Shown here in pieces: positions 18,522 to 28,922 of a stretch of DNA of 64,000 nucleotides. Position 1 is the stretch's first letter; every line of letters begins with the position of its first letter. The notes below the pieces were generated by a model. That model made no database searches. It was not told where the DNA came from and was given only the letters and a program-made list of their open reading frames with translations. Location of the stretch: assembly GCA_015056385.1 (NCBI GenBank), contig SVGI01000002.1, positions 1,093 to 65,092 of the forward strand. Reading direction: 5' to 3'. The DNA is from Clostridiales bacterium. GTDB lineage: Bacteria > Bacillota > Clostridia > HGM11327. Made by a program: the position numbers and the translations under genes.

Positions 18522-18566
18522 TATATAAAAAAAATAAAGGCTCTGATAAATTTATCAGAGCCTTTT
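18522..18566 (-). terminator. Rho-independent terminator of the ABC-2/GldG/DUF4340 operon
   Basis: Stem AAAGGCTCTGATA / TATCAGAGCCTTT (18536-18565), followed on the reverse strand by a long T-run. Confidence 0.75.
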
Positions 18567-18581
18567 AAGTGCGGTTTGATG

Positions 18582-20051
18582 TTACTTAATAACGTATGAG
18601 GGCTTTTCACCTTTCTTGATATCCTCTATACCCTGGATAACAAGATCAACGTCCTCCTTGGAAACTATGAAGTCTGCCTCGCCATCTATAAGGGTCACGT
18701 AGAAGTTACCGTCTTCATTAAGCTCGCGGAATTCAAGAACACGCTCTTCCTTTTCCTTATCGAAGGGAGTAAACTTGATTTTCAAAGCAGATTCTGCACT
18801 GTAACCTGTTTCATCACCTGTATATCTTGCCTTTATATGGAAGTTATTTGTGATGATGTACATTGCAGATACATGATCGGAGTTAACGTCCATATTGTTG
18901 AGGGTATACGTTGATTCGAATTCAGGTCCGTCGCTTCCTGCACTTTCAGATGTTTTATAATGTCTGAAATGGCGGATAACATCTACCCTTCCGTCTATTG
19001 TATACTCAACATACTCAAGCTTATCCAAATATGCAGAGAACAAAAGCGTTGTGGTAAGCTTAAGGGGATTTACGTCAAACACCTTGAAATAATCATTACT
19101 TATTGAGCCTACGATGTTTGTAGTACGGTCGTAAACGTATCTTGCATAGTTGTATTCGTCAGCGTATTTACCTACTACAAGGTCAACAGAGTCCTTCTCG
19201 CTGTCCATAGGAACTATGCTGTACGTAAGGTAAGGATCGTCAAGGCCGAATTCCTTAAGCTGAGCCTCCGTAGGATTATCGCATACAATCTTCTGGAATG
19301 ACAATACGGGAAGATCATCGTAGAATGCGAGGAATGCAGTTCCGTCTGTGGGCATACCAACCTTATAGGGAGAAACTACAATGTAGTTCTGGAAGGGGTT
19401 ATAGAGAGAATCTGTACTGTTATCTCTATGAATCTCTATGGGATCGTTACCCTGGAATTGGAATTTGATTTCCTGGAAGTCCTCAAGCTTTACGCCGGCA
19501 ATAGAAAGCTTTCTGTGCTGTACCGGAGTAAGAAGAAGATACTGACCTGATGAGTTGTTTATTGTATAAACGTTTTCATCATCCTCTACCATAAAATAGT
19601 AGGTACCGTTTGATACGGTTTTATCTCCGACATAAAAAGTAATGGAGTTGCCGTTATCCTTTGTAAGAGTAACAACACTCTGAGGTGTATCCAAGCCGTA
19701 TTTTACAAGGTCCTCTTGAGTAGGTATTCCGATTTTTCTTTCGTATCTTACCAATGCGCAGGCATAGGCTACGTTAAACATACTGTCGCTGCTGTACTGA
19801 GCGTCCTTACCGCCCTCCGGGTACTGCATTTCCCAAGAGAGGTAGTTCTCATCATCTGCAAACATAGTATATTTTGTACCGTCCTCCAGATTTACCTCGA
19901 TGCTGTGGACGGCAGAGATAGCGCAGTTATGAAGTATATACTCTTCATACTGAGTTTCTTCATCAAACAAGGTACTTACAACTATTGCTGTTGCTGCAAG
20001 AATTGCAATAACAAGTATAAGTACAACTATAAGTTTTTTCTTTTTACCCAT
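18582..20051 (-). CDS. DUF4340-like membrane-anchored protein
   Basis: N-terminal TM helix and about 490 aa. It is the last gene after a GldG-like gene, which is the usual position of DUF4340 proteins. Assigned by context and architecture only. Confidence 0.6.
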   Translation of the reverse strand: MGKKKKLIVVLILVIAILAATAIVVSTLFDEETQYEEYILHNCAISAVHSIEVNLEDGTKYTMFADDENYLSWEMQYPEGGKDAQYSSDSMFNVAYACALVRYERKIGIPTQEDLVKYGLDTPQSVVTLTKDNGNSITFYVGDKTVSNGTYYFMVEDDENVYTINNSSGQYLLLTPVQHRKLSIAGVKLEDFQEIKFQFQGNDPIEIHRDNSTDSLYNPFQNYIVVSPYKVGMPTDGTAFLAFYDDLPVLSFQKIVCDNPTEAQLKEFGLDDPYLTYSIVPMDSEKDSVDLVVGKYADEYNYARYVYDRTTNIVGSISNDYFKVFDVNPLKLTTTLLFSAYLDKLEYVEYTIDGRVDVIRHFRHYKTSESAGSDGPEFESTYTLNNMDVNSDHVSAMYIITNNFHIKARYTGDETGYSAESALKIKFTPFDKEKEERVLEFRELNEDGNFYVTLIDGEADFIVSKEDVDLVIQGIEDIKKGEKPSYVIK

Positions 20052-21505
20052 TACAGATGTCTCCTCTTAAGGTATACTGTAAGTCCTGTTGCAAGTATGC
20101 CTACAGGTATAACGATTCCGATTATTACTGAAACAACGTACAGTGCAAGGTTAGACATTGTGTGTGTAGCTACAACGTTTGTTTTAGGTACTATTGTTAT
20201 AAGGCTGTCTTCGTTCAATACCCATGATATTGCGCTGAAGAAGAAATCGTCGTTAGAGTAGATGTTAAGAGCAACGTCACCGGATACAAGGAACTGTGCG
20301 CAGTTAACAACGAAAAGTCTTGTTTCTACGGCTGTACTGTCTGACATGCTGAAGCCTGAATCTGTAATGCCTACAATGGGAGCAAAGGGGCCGTCTATAT
20401 CGCCATCCTCCTTCTGCATCATAGCATCCTTAAACTTAAGTGATGCCCATGACTTATCTGACGTATGGCAAAGCTCGGTAACTGTAACGCCTGTTTTAAG
20501 AACCGCATTTGTTTTGATGGGCTTTGCGTTAACAAGCATAAGCTCCTCAGATGCAAATACGTCCAGAGTTGCGCTGTGAATCTTGTATTCAGGCATTATC
20601 GCATTCTTAACCTGGAACCACATTGAGCTATCCTCTTCATAGATAACCTCTTTACCAAGGCGGATTCCGTAGTAGTTCATTACCTCATCAAAGTTGGGTG
20701 TATCAGCAGTTGCTCGGCCCATAATGAAAATTGCATCGCCGTAGCCCTGGAGATACTTCATAATTTCTTCCTTTTCGTCGTCCATAAGGTCATACATGGG
20801 CTGGTTTACGATAAGGATATCTGTTTCAGCAGGGATAAAGCCGTCATTCTTAAGGTCGCACCATTCAAGGTCATAGAAATATGTCTTTTCAAGCTTATCC
20901 TCGTAATCCTCGGGCAGACGCATCTCACCGTGGCCTGAAAGCATTGTTATAGTATAGTTTTTCTGTGCAGTAACGGAAACGATGGCATTTGTTACAGCCT
21001 GTTCTACGTTAAGTGTAGAGGCTGCAATTTCACCGCTTTCATCATACGTATGGCGGTAAAGATCCTCGGCCTCTGTGAGAACCTTGAATCTGTCTCCGTA
21101 GGATACGATAACGTTTGTAGCGTAAGCACGTGTATCGGGGCTGTTTTTATCCTCCATAAAATCAATGGTGAACTGAGGATTTACAACAGGGTCAACAGTT
21201 TTGTATTCGATTTTATCACTTGCTTCATCATATCTTTCAAGCAAACGTACAACGTCTGCATTTTCATAGCCAATCTCGTAAAGACCGTAGATATGTACCG
21301 TGTCCTTAAGCTTATCCAATACACCCTGTGTTTTGGATGATATTGTGTAATATTTATTTGCTGTTGTATCGACACTTAAGGGAACGTAGCTTATAACAAG
21401 GTTGATAACTATAACAACAACTATCAATACTGCTACAAGCAGAGTTGAAATTCCGCCGTATCTAAACTTTTTATCACTGAGAGATTCTTTTATATTAAGC
21501 TTCAT
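20051..21505 (-). CDS. GldG-like auxiliary component of an ABC-2 transporter
   Basis: N- and C-terminal TM helices flank a large extracytoplasmic domain. It follows the ABC-2 permease directly, and its start overlaps the next gene. Confidence 0.7.
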   Translation of the reverse strand: MKLNIKESLSDKKFRYGGISTLLVAVLIVVVIVINLVISYVPLSVDTTANKYYTISSKTQGVLDKLKDTVHIYGLYEIGYENADVVRLLERYDEASDKIEYKTVDPVVNPQFTIDFMEDKNSPDTRAYATNVIVSYGDRFKVLTEAEDLYRHTYDESGEIAASTLNVEQAVTNAIVSVTAQKNYTITMLSGHGEMRLPEDYEDKLEKTYFYDLEWCDLKNDGFIPAETDILIVNQPMYDLMDDEKEEIMKYLQGYGDAIFIMGRATADTPNFDEVMNYYGIRLGKEVIYEEDSSMWFQVKNAIMPEYKIHSATLDVFASEELMLVNAKPIKTNAVLKTGVTVTELCHTSDKSWASLKFKDAMMQKEDGDIDGPFAPIVGITDSGFSMSDSTAVETRLFVVNCAQFLVSGDVALNIYSNDDFFFSAISWVLNEDSLITIVPKTNVVATHTMSNLALYVVSVIIGIVIPVGILATGLTVYLKRRHL

Positions 21506-21523
21506 TACTTATTCCTCCATGAA

Positions 21524-22390
21524 TTATGCCCAACGGCGCTTTTCAAGCTGGTAAACAGTAAGATAAATAAATACTGCTGTAAAGCTCAAAAGATAAACGA
21601 ATGATGAAAGGCTTACAAGACCTGTAATGTATTCATCAAATTTAGCCAAAACTGAGAACCAGTTTACAACGCTGTTAAGCAAGCCGGCATAAAGATTTAT
21701 GTTGATTATGGCTATAACGCCTATTATCAAGCCCAAGCCTGCAAACGTAACAACGGCTGCTACGGCATTTTTCATTGTTGCATACAGGAATATTGCTATT
21801 GCAGCAGCAACTACAAGTGTAAAAATTACACCTGAAAGGGGGCTTGAGGGAAGTGATGACTGCATCCAGCTTACGATAAAGAGGAAGAGCAATACTGCAA
21901 ACGTAATGATTGCAGAAACAACCTGGCTTTCAGTAAGAGATGAAACAAAAACGCCTATGGCAATAAAGCTGCAGCCTACAAGGAAAAGACCGAGATATGA
22001 AACAATAATCTCTGAAAATGCCATATTATCGGAGAAGAATGACACGATAACAGCATTGAGAGAATGTATAACGAGAGTTACAAGGAAAACAGTTGCCGCT
22101 GCAAGGAACTTACCGATAACGATATCGGAAACCTTCAGGGGGTTTGTAAGCAGCAATTGGTCTGTTTTAAGCTTTTTCTCTTCGGAGAGCGTTCTCATGG
22201 TAAGAATCGGAATAGTTATCATGAAAACGATGTTAACGTAGCTTAAGTATGCGGAATAAGCAACAAGACCATCCTTAAGATAAAGGAAAATGAAAATACC
22301 TGCAGATACCATGAGGAAAAGGCCCATGAATACTGCACCTATAGGTGAACGGAAATATCCTTTTAATTCTTTTTCATATACAGCGAGCAT
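21524..22390 (-). CDS. ABC-2 type transporter permease
   Basis: 288 aa, polytopic (about 6-7 hydrophobic helices), immediately downstream of the ATPase. Confidence 0.8.
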   Translation of the reverse strand: MLAVYEKELKGYFRSPIGAVFMGLFLMVSAGIFIFLYLKDGLVAYSAYLSYVNIVFMITIPILTMRTLSEEKKLKTDQLLLTNPLKVSDIVIGKFLAAATVFLVTLVIHSLNAVIVSFFSDNMAFSEIIVSYLGLFLVGCSFIAIGVFVSSLTESQVVSAIITFAVLLFLFIVSWMQSSLPSSPLSGVIFTLVVAAAIAIFLYATMKNAVAAVVTFAGLGLIIGVIAIININLYAGLLNSVVNWFSVLAKFDEYITGLVSLSSFVYLLSFTAVFIYLTVYQLEKRRWA

Positions 22391-22396
22391 ATACTA

Positions 22397-23341
22397 TTAT
22401 ACCTCCTTATCCAGATGAGTTACCTTAAGGAAGATATCCTCAAGTGAAAGCTCAAGGGGACGCATTATAAGCAAGGGGCAATTTGCCTTTGCCATACCGT
22501 TAAATACGATCTTTCTGATATCTACATCCTCAGCGGATTCTACGATAATATCAGACGTTCCTTTTTCCTTTTCTGCCTGATACTGAACGTTTGTAATGCC
22601 GGGAATATCTCTTACAATACGCATTGCCTGCTTTTCAGGGGCTGCAACTCTTATCTGAAGCTTGTTTGCGCCCTGAAGCTGCTTTGAAAGGTTATCAGGT
22701 GTATCGCTTGCAACTATGCTGCCCTTATTGATAATAACAACACGGTCGCAAACTGCGCTTACCTCAGAGAGAATATGTGAGCTGAGAATAACTGTGTGCT
22801 TCTTGCCAAGATTCTTAATAAGGTTTCTGATTTCGATTATCTGCTTGGGATCCAGGCCTACGGTAGGCTCGTCAAGAATAAGAACCTTGGGTGTGCCGAG
22901 AATTGCCTGCGCAAGACCAACCCTCTGCTTGTAGCCCTTTGAAAGGTTGCCTACAAGCCTGTTCTTCATATCCTCGATTCTTGTAACAGCCATAACTGCC
23001 TCAATAGCCTCATGACGCTCTACATCGGAGATATTTTTGATCTTTGAAACAAAGTCAAGATATTCGCTTACTGTCATATCCATGTAAAGAGGCGGGAATT
23101 CGGGAAGGTAACCTATGTTACGCTTTGCCTCTTCAGGCCTATCCAATACGTCGATACCGTTGATAAGTACTTCACCGGAGGTTGCTGAAATGTATCCGGT
23201 AAGAATGTTCATGGTGGTCGTTTTACCTGCGCCGTTAGGGCCGAGGAAGCCTAATATTTCTCCCTCTTCTACCTTAAAGCTTATGCCATCAACTGCGTGA
23301 TGCTGACCATAAATTTTGGTTAAATTTTTTACTTCGATCAA
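22397..23341 (-). CDS. ABC transporter ATP-binding protein (ABC-2/GldA-like)
   Basis: Walker A GPNGAGKTT, signature LSKGYKQRV, Walker B LILDEPTVGLD, H-loop SSHIL. TTG start. Confidence 0.9.
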   Translation of the reverse strand: MIEVKNLTKIYGQHHAVDGISFKVEEGEILGFLGPNGAGKTTTMNILTGYISATSGEVLINGIDVLDRPEEAKRNIGYLPEFPPLYMDMTVSEYLDFVSKIKNISDVERHEAIEAVMAVTRIEDMKNRLVGNLSKGYKQRVGLAQAILGTPKVLILDEPTVGLDPKQIIEIRNLIKNLGKKHTVILSSHILSEVSAVCDRVVIINKGSIVASDTPDNLSKQLQGANKLQIRVAAPEKQAMRIVRDIPGITNVQYQAEKEKGTSDIIVESAEDVDIRKIVFNGMAKANCPLLIMRPLELSLEDIFLKVTHLDKEV

Positions 23342-23716
23342 ACCGCTTTACCCCATTCAATGAGATTTATTATTTGAAAATAATATTTTTTGAGAGATGA
23401 AATCACACCTAATACGGGCAGATTACATCACTATCTGTTATTATAACATTATAAATCCGTTTTTTCAATAAAAAATGTAATATATTTTTGCAAAGCATTC
23501 ATCTTTCACAGCCTTTATTCCCTGCTTTTCGGGTGTATGCGTGTATATTTAGATATTTTTTATGCTATATTAGCCATAATAAGCCGTTTTCCCGGCTTCA
23601 GGAGGTACTTTTATATATTTACAGGTACCTTAAATCAATTAAATTATTTATTAAATACGTAGCTTCAACCTTAAAGCAATAGGGCCGTACCCCTTTTACG
23701 GGATACGGCCCTCGCA

Positions 23717-26311
23717 TTATGCGTTGCTTTTTTTAATATCAAGCTCTGAATCAAGGGTATCTATTATTATCGAATCACCCTCCTTTATCTCTCCTGAAAT
23801 TATCATTCTGCCAAGCCTTGTTTCAAGTATTCTTTCTATATATCTCTTTATGGGCCTTGCTCCGTACACAGGGTCGTAGGCTTTATCAACGATTACCCTG
23901 CACGCATCCTCCGTAAGCTCTGCGCTGACGCGTATCTGCGCAAGCCTTTCCTTAAGATATTCAAACTGAATTCTTGTAACGCTTTTAAGTTCCTCCTTAC
24001 CCAGAGGCGCAAAAAGGACTATATCATCCACACGGTTTATAAACTCGGGGCGCATATACCTTTTAAGCTCTGCTGTAACCGTATTTCTTATTTCATCGGT
24101 TATAATACCGCCCTCGCTTATGCTTTCACTCAGATATGAGCCGCCTATATTCGACGTCATAACTATAACGGTATTCTTGAAATCCACCACTCTTCCCTGT
24201 GAATCCGTGAGGCGTCCGTCGTCAAGCACCTGTAAAAGTATATTGAACACGTCGGGATGCGCCTTTTCTATTTCATCGAAGAGCACAACGCAGTAGGGTC
24301 TGCGCCTTACCGCCTCGGTAAGCTGACCGCCCTCCTCAAAGCCAACGTATCCGGGAGGGGCTCCTATAAGACGTGCAACGGCGTGCTTTTCCATATATTC
24401 GGACATATCTATACGGACCATATTGTCCTCGGTATCAAACAGCGTTGCCGCAAGAGTTTTTGCAACCTCGGTTTTGCCTACGCCCGTGGGGCCAAGGAAG
24501 ATAAACGAGCCTATGGGGCGCCTGGGGTCCTTAAGACCTGCCCTTGCCCTTATAACTGCGTTAGTAACAGATGACACCGCCTCATCCTGCCCTACTACCC
24601 TTTTATGCATTATTTCCTCAAGGGCAAGCATTTTTTCCCTTTCACCCTGAACGAGCTTCTGTACCGGGATGCCCGTCCATCTGGAAACGATCTGAGAAAC
24701 CTCCTCAGAGGTAACCTCCTCCCTTAAAAGGCGTGAGGAATCCTGGGAAAGCTTTTGAGAAAGCTCTGCAATATTCTTTTCCAGTGCAGGAATTACAGAA
24801 TATTTATACTCCGCAACCTTATTGAGGTCGTACTGCCTCTGGGCCTCCTCCATTTCCTTGCGCCTGATTTCAAGTTCCTCCTTGAGCTTTTTGCTTTGAG
24901 TAATATCCGACTTTTCGCTTTGCCACTTGGCTGTCATAGCATCTGCAGACTGCTGAAGCTGATTTATCTGCTCCTCAATAGCCTTAAGCCTTGCAGCAGA
25001 GCCATCGTCGTTTTCCTTTTTGAGGGCCTCCCTTTCTATTTCAAGCTGAAGCTTTTTTCGCGTGATTTCATCAAGCTCTGCGGGCATACTGTCTATTTCC
25101 ATACGGAGCATCGCACCTGCCTCATCAATAAGGTCTATTGCCTTATCGGGTAAAAACCTGTCTGAAATATATCTTGCAGAAAGCTCGGCAGCGCTTATAA
25201 GGGCGCTATCCTTTATTCTTACGCCGTGGTGTATTTCAAGGCGCTCCTTAAGGCCTCTTAATATGGATACCGTATCCTCAACAGAGGGCTGATCCACAAG
25301 AACTGTCTGGAAGCGCCTTTCAAGGGCGGCATCCTTTTCTATATACTTTCTGTATTCATCAAGAGTTGTAGCGCCTATACAGTGAAGCTCGCCCCTTGCA
25401 AGCATAGGCTTTAAGAGGTTTCCTGCGTCCATGGAGCCCTCTGTTCTGCCTGCGCCGACTATGTTGTGTATTTCATCAATGAAAAGAATTATTTCACCGT
25501 CTGATTTTTCAACCTCGGCAAGCACGCTTTTGAGCCTTTCCTCAAACTGACCTCTGTATTTTGCCCCGGCTATAAGGGAGCCCATATCCAGAGCGAATAT
25601 TTTCTTATCCTTTAGACCCTCGGGAACGTCCCCTTTAAGTATCCTTTGTGCAAGGCCCTCTACAACGGCGGTTTTGCCTACACCGGGCTCACCTATGAGA
25701 ACGGGGTTATTCTTTGTACGGCGTGAAAGTATTCTTATCATACGCCTTATTTCCTCGTCTCTGCCTATTACGGGGTCAAGCTTGTTTTTTCTTGCCTGGG
25801 CCACAAGCTCTCTGCCGAATTTTTCAAGAACGTTATAGGTATCCTCGGGGTTTTGTGAGGTTACCCTCTGATTTCTGCGTACCTCTGAAAGCTTGGTTAA
25901 AAAGCCCTCCTTTGTTATGGCAAAGCGCTTCAAAAGCTCACCGCTTGTACCTTTGCCCTCCTCTATTACTGCCAGATAAATATGCTCGGTGGAAACGTAT
26001 TCATCCTTGAACTCACGCATTATCCCTTCGCTTCTGTCCAGCACCCATGCAAGTCTGCGGGATGCGTAAGGCTGCGCAGAGGAGCCGCTTACCTTTGGCT
26101 TTGATGCAAGGGCGGATTCCAAAAGCCTTTCGTATTCCTTGAGCTCTACACCCATAGACCTTAAAACCGCGCCTACCGTACCCTCGTTATCACTTATAAG
26201 AGCTAATACAAGCTCCTCTACATCTATTTCCTGTATTGAATATTCCAGCGCCTTGGATTGGGCTGTGCTTATAGCCTCAAGGGCCTTTTGTGTCATTTTA
26301 TCCGTATTCAT
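23717..26311 (-). CDS. clpB: ATP-dependent chaperone/disaggregase ClpB
   Basis: 864 aa with two AAA+ modules (GEPGVGKT and GPTGVGKT), a long coiled-coil middle domain, and a Clp N-domain. Confidence 0.95.
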   Translation of the reverse strand: MNTDKMTQKALEAISTAQSKALEYSIQEIDVEELVLALISDNEGTVGAVLRSMGVELKEYERLLESALASKPKVSGSSAQPYASRRLAWVLDRSEGIMREFKDEYVSTEHIYLAVIEEGKGTSGELLKRFAITKEGFLTKLSEVRRNQRVTSQNPEDTYNVLEKFGRELVAQARKNKLDPVIGRDEEIRRMIRILSRRTKNNPVLIGEPGVGKTAVVEGLAQRILKGDVPEGLKDKKIFALDMGSLIAGAKYRGQFEERLKSVLAEVEKSDGEIILFIDEIHNIVGAGRTEGSMDAGNLLKPMLARGELHCIGATTLDEYRKYIEKDAALERRFQTVLVDQPSVEDTVSILRGLKERLEIHHGVRIKDSALISAAELSARYISDRFLPDKAIDLIDEAGAMLRMEIDSMPAELDEITRKKLQLEIEREALKKENDDGSAARLKAIEEQINQLQQSADAMTAKWQSEKSDITQSKKLKEELEIRRKEMEEAQRQYDLNKVAEYKYSVIPALEKNIAELSQKLSQDSSRLLREEVTSEEVSQIVSRWTGIPVQKLVQGEREKMLALEEIMHKRVVGQDEAVSSVTNAVIRARAGLKDPRRPIGSFIFLGPTGVGKTEVAKTLAATLFDTEDNMVRIDMSEYMEKHAVARLIGAPPGYVGFEEGGQLTEAVRRRPYCVVLFDEIEKAHPDVFNILLQVLDDGRLTDSQGRVVDFKNTVIVMTSNIGGSYLSESISEGGIITDEIRNTVTAELKRYMRPEFINRVDDIVLFAPLGKEELKSVTRIQFEYLKERLAQIRVSAELTEDACRVIVDKAYDPVYGARPIKRYIERILETRLGRMIISGEIKEGDSIIIDTLDSELDIKKSNA

Positions 26312-26329
26312 TTTTTTCTCCTTTCATAC

Positions 26330-27244
26330 TTACATAGAACGAAGCTGTGCCAATTCTTTATACAGCGTTATTTCCTTTTCACTTAATTTTCGAGGAATAT
26401 TTATGCTTATTTTTACATAAAAATCACCAACTCTGCCCTTTCTGTCCTTAAAGCCCTTACCCGGTATCTTCAGCTTTTGCCCGCTTTGAGCACCGGGCTT
26501 TATGCTTACGGTAACAGCAGTACCGTCTATAAGACGTACGTTTTTCTTACATCCCAATACCGCCTGGGTATCTGTTATTTCAAGGGGGGAGGTTATATCC
26601 AGACCTGTTAAGGAATAATTCTTATCATCCTCAACCCTTACCTTAACCTCTACGTAGCCTGTATCAAGCCTTACCCTTAATTTTTCACCGTCTGCAATAC
26701 CGGCAGGTATTTTAAGCTTTATTTGCTTTGCCTTACCGTTACCGTCTGTAAATGAAAGCATTCTTTCGGTTGAATTGTATGCCTCTGTAACAGACACGGC
26801 AATTTGGGTAGTACCTGCGCAGGATGAACACCCTCCCGAGCAGCCGCCCATGTGCCTTGCGGAATATCCTCCTCTTTGGGAAGCACCTGAAAATATAGAA
26901 TCCATATCTATTCCACCGCTTCCGCCAAAGAACATTTCAAAAAAATCCGAAAAGCCGCCGCCCGTTCCCGTATAGGCAGATGAAAAGCCGTATTGTGAAG
27001 GGTCGAAATTCATTCCCGAGTGCATACCGTAGCTTTCACCGAAGGTATCGTACTTACGCCTTTTCTCCTCATCCTTGAGTACCTCGTACGCCTCGGATAT
27101 ATCCTTGAACTTTTCCTCTGCCTCGGGAGATTTATTTGAATCGGGGTGATATTTCTTTGCAAGAGCTCTGTACGCCTTTTTTATGGCGGCAGTATCCGCA
27201 TTCTTTTCCACACCTAAAATTTTATAATAATCCTTGTATTGCAT
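26330..27244 (-). CDS. J-domain co-chaperone (DnaJ/CbpA-like)
   Basis: J domain DYYKILGV...KKYHPD, a G/F-rich region, then DnaJ C-terminal beta domains. I prefer the ATG at 27244 ([21 protein letters not shown]) over the track's upstream start. Confidence 0.85.
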   Translation of the reverse strand: MQYKDYYKILGVEKNADTAAIKKAYRALAKKYHPDSNKSPEAEEKFKDISEAYEVLKDEEKRRKYDTFGESYGMHSGMNFDPSQYGFSSAYTGTGGGFSDFFEMFFGGSGGIDMDSIFSGASQRGGYSARHMGGCSGGCSSCAGTTQIAVSVTEAYNSTERMLSFTDGNGKAKQIKLKIPAGIADGEKLRVRLDTGYVEVKVRVEDDKNYSLTGLDITSPLEITDTQAVLGCKKNVRLIDGTAVTVSIKPGAQSGQKLKIPGKGFKDRKGRVGDFYVKISINIPRKLSEKEITLYKELAQLRSM

Positions 27245-27271
27245 CTTTTCCTCCTGTTGAAGAAAGCTTTG

Positions 27272-27296
27272 TTTTTGACTTTGTCTTACTTTGACA
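27272..27296 (-). promoter_or_regulatory. Direct heptad repeats resembling a CtsR operator
   Basis: Reverse strand, immediately after the -10: TGTCAAA-GTA-AGACAAA, overlapping AGTCAAA. Compare the CtsR consensus (A/G)GTCAAA-NAN-(A/G)GTCAAA. Each spaced heptad matches 6 of 7 positions. Confidence 0.35.
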
Positions 27297-27325
27297 AGTA
27301 TATCATTAACCCCATATTTTGTCAA
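27297..27325 (-). promoter_or_regulatory. Sigma-A promoter of the dnaJ-like/clpB operon (TTGACA-17 nt-TATACT)
   Basis: Reverse strand: TTGACA (27325-27320), a 17-nt spacer, TATACT (27302-27297). Confidence 0.6.
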
Positions 27326-27573
27326 CACTCATTTATGTATTTTATCCATATTTTACGTTGGTAATCTTAAGACTCCCCGGAGGGACACTCCTGCCCCGCA
27401 AACAGGGCGGTTTCACACAATTACTGGGGTAATTTACGCATATCCGTTAAGGTAATATACACGTGTAAGCGGACAAATGACACATCGCAAAGACGAGGGA
27501 TAACAAAGGGCGTAATATCCGTTGCCGCCTGACGGAGTGGTCCGAATACGTAAAAAACGAAAGGAAAAATAAA

Positions 27574-28848
27574 ATGAAGAAAAACAAATTTGACATTCAG
27601 CTTTTTGCAGACGCAGAGCCTGCAGTAGCTAACACAACAGACAGCATAGGCCTTTCAGCAGAAATGAAGACCTATTACGAAAAAAGACTTTTGGACAACG
27701 CAGAGCCCAACCTTGTATACAACCAGTTTGCAGACAAGTATCCTATTCCCACAGGCAACGGTAAAACGGTAGAATTCAGACGCTTTACTCCCTTGAGAAA
27801 GAATACGTCTGCAATCACAGAGGGCACTACACCTGCAGGCACATCCATTACAGCCGCAAGCCTTACAGCAACTGTGGCACAGTACGGTGATTGGGTACAG
27901 CTTACAGACATGATTGAGGAAACGGCTATCGACCCCGTTGTATCTCAGGTAACAAAGCTCCTTGGCGCGCAGGCAGGTAAAACACTTGACACTCTTACAA
28001 GGGACGTTGTAGTAGGCGGTACAAACGTGCTTTACGCCGAAAAGGATTCTGTTCCCGCACAGGACAGAGAGGAGCTTACCGCCGACCACAAAATTACACC
28101 TGCGCTTATTATGAAGGCTGCCGCAAAGCTTAAGATGCAGAACGCCTCCCCCATAGACGGAAGCTACGTTGCAATTATTCATCCCTACGTAGCATACGAC
28201 CTTATGACAGATAAGGATTGGGTAAGCTACAATCAGTATGCAAACCCTGAAAATATTTACAACGGTGAAATAGGTAAAATAGGCAACGTAAGATTCGTTG
28301 AATCCACAGAGGCAAAGATTTTTGCTCCCGGTGATATTATCGAAGGTATTCCCCACTTTACTCTTAACACCAAGATTGAATCATCCACTAACTCCATCGA
28401 CGTAAGCGAAAGCCTTACCGATGAGCAGGCAAACGAGATTAACACTAAAATCCAGAACGACGGCGCTATTCCCATCTGGGTAAACGGTGTTAAAACACAC
28501 ATCACAGGATGTACCCCGGACCAGTCAGGTGTAACAACAAAGCTTTCCCTTATGGAGCCTGTTTCAAGCGGAGAGGTTGGTACAATTATCCGCACTGCAG
28601 AGGGCGGTAAGGACGGCTGCGCCGTTTTCTGCACAATGGTTCTCGGCGCAAGCGCCTATGCAACAACATCTCTTGCAGGCGGCGGCTTACAGCACATCAT
28701 TAAGCCCCTCGGCTCCGGTCAGGACCCCCTTAATCAGAGAAGCTCCGTAGGCTGGAAGGCAACACACGTTGCAAAGCGCCTTGCAGAGGAATATATGATA
28801 AGAATTGAAAGCGGCTGCAGCTTCTCACACGAGGCACAGGCCAACTAA
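27574..28848 (+). CDS. Phage major capsid protein, N4-gp56-like family
   Basis: 424 aa. The N-terminal KFDIQLFAD motif and the downstream PNLVYNQFADKYPIPTGNGKTVEFRRF pattern match what I recall for this capsid family. Confidence 0.7.
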   Translation: MKKNKFDIQLFADAEPAVANTTDSIGLSAEMKTYYEKRLLDNAEPNLVYNQFADKYPIPTGNGKTVEFRRFTPLRKNTSAITEGTTPAGTSITAASLTATVAQYGDWVQLTDMIEETAIDPVVSQVTKLLGAQAGKTLDTLTRDVVVGGTNVLYAEKDSVPAQDREELTADHKITPALIMKAAAKLKMQNASPIDGSYVAIIHPYVAYDLMTDKDWVSYNQYANPENIYNGEIGKIGNVRFVESTEAKIFAPGDIIEGIPHFTLNTKIESSTNSIDVSESLTDEQANEINTKIQNDGAIPIWVNGVKTHITGCTPDQSGVTTKLSLMEPVSSGEVGTIIRTAEGGKDGCAVFCTMVLGASAYATTSLAGGGLQHIIKPLGSGQDPLNQRSSVGWKATHVAKRLAEEYMIRIESGCSFSHEAQAN

Positions 28849-28860
28849 AAGCAGTTATCC

Positions 28861-28892
28861 GCTACACCCGCCTTATTTAAGACGGGTGTAGC
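28861..28892 (+). other. Stable stem-loop just after the capsid gene, with no T-run
   Basis: GCTACACCCG / CGGGTGTAGC 10-bp perfect arms with a 12-nt loop. It lies 13 nt after the capsid stop codon. Confidence 0.6.
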
Positions 28893-28922
28893 ACAACCTC
28901 ACGTAAAGAAAGGAATACTACA

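Noticed and set aside
23488-23682. 64-aa plus-strand ORF in the 375-bp gap between the ABC operon and clpB
   Set aside because: It has a non-ATG start, no RBS and a Phe/Tyr/Leu-rich low-complexity composition. The region is better explained by the ABC-operon promoter and leader plus the clpB terminator hairpin (23682-23716).
27655-28356. 233-aa Cys-rich ORF antisense to the capsid gene. The 78-aa ORF at 27675-27911 and the 125-aa ORF at 28257-28634 are similar cases.
   Set aside because: It is fully embedded antisense in a well-supported capsid gene. The high Cys/Val/Leu content is typical of the reverse frame of a GC-balanced gene. It has no RBS.
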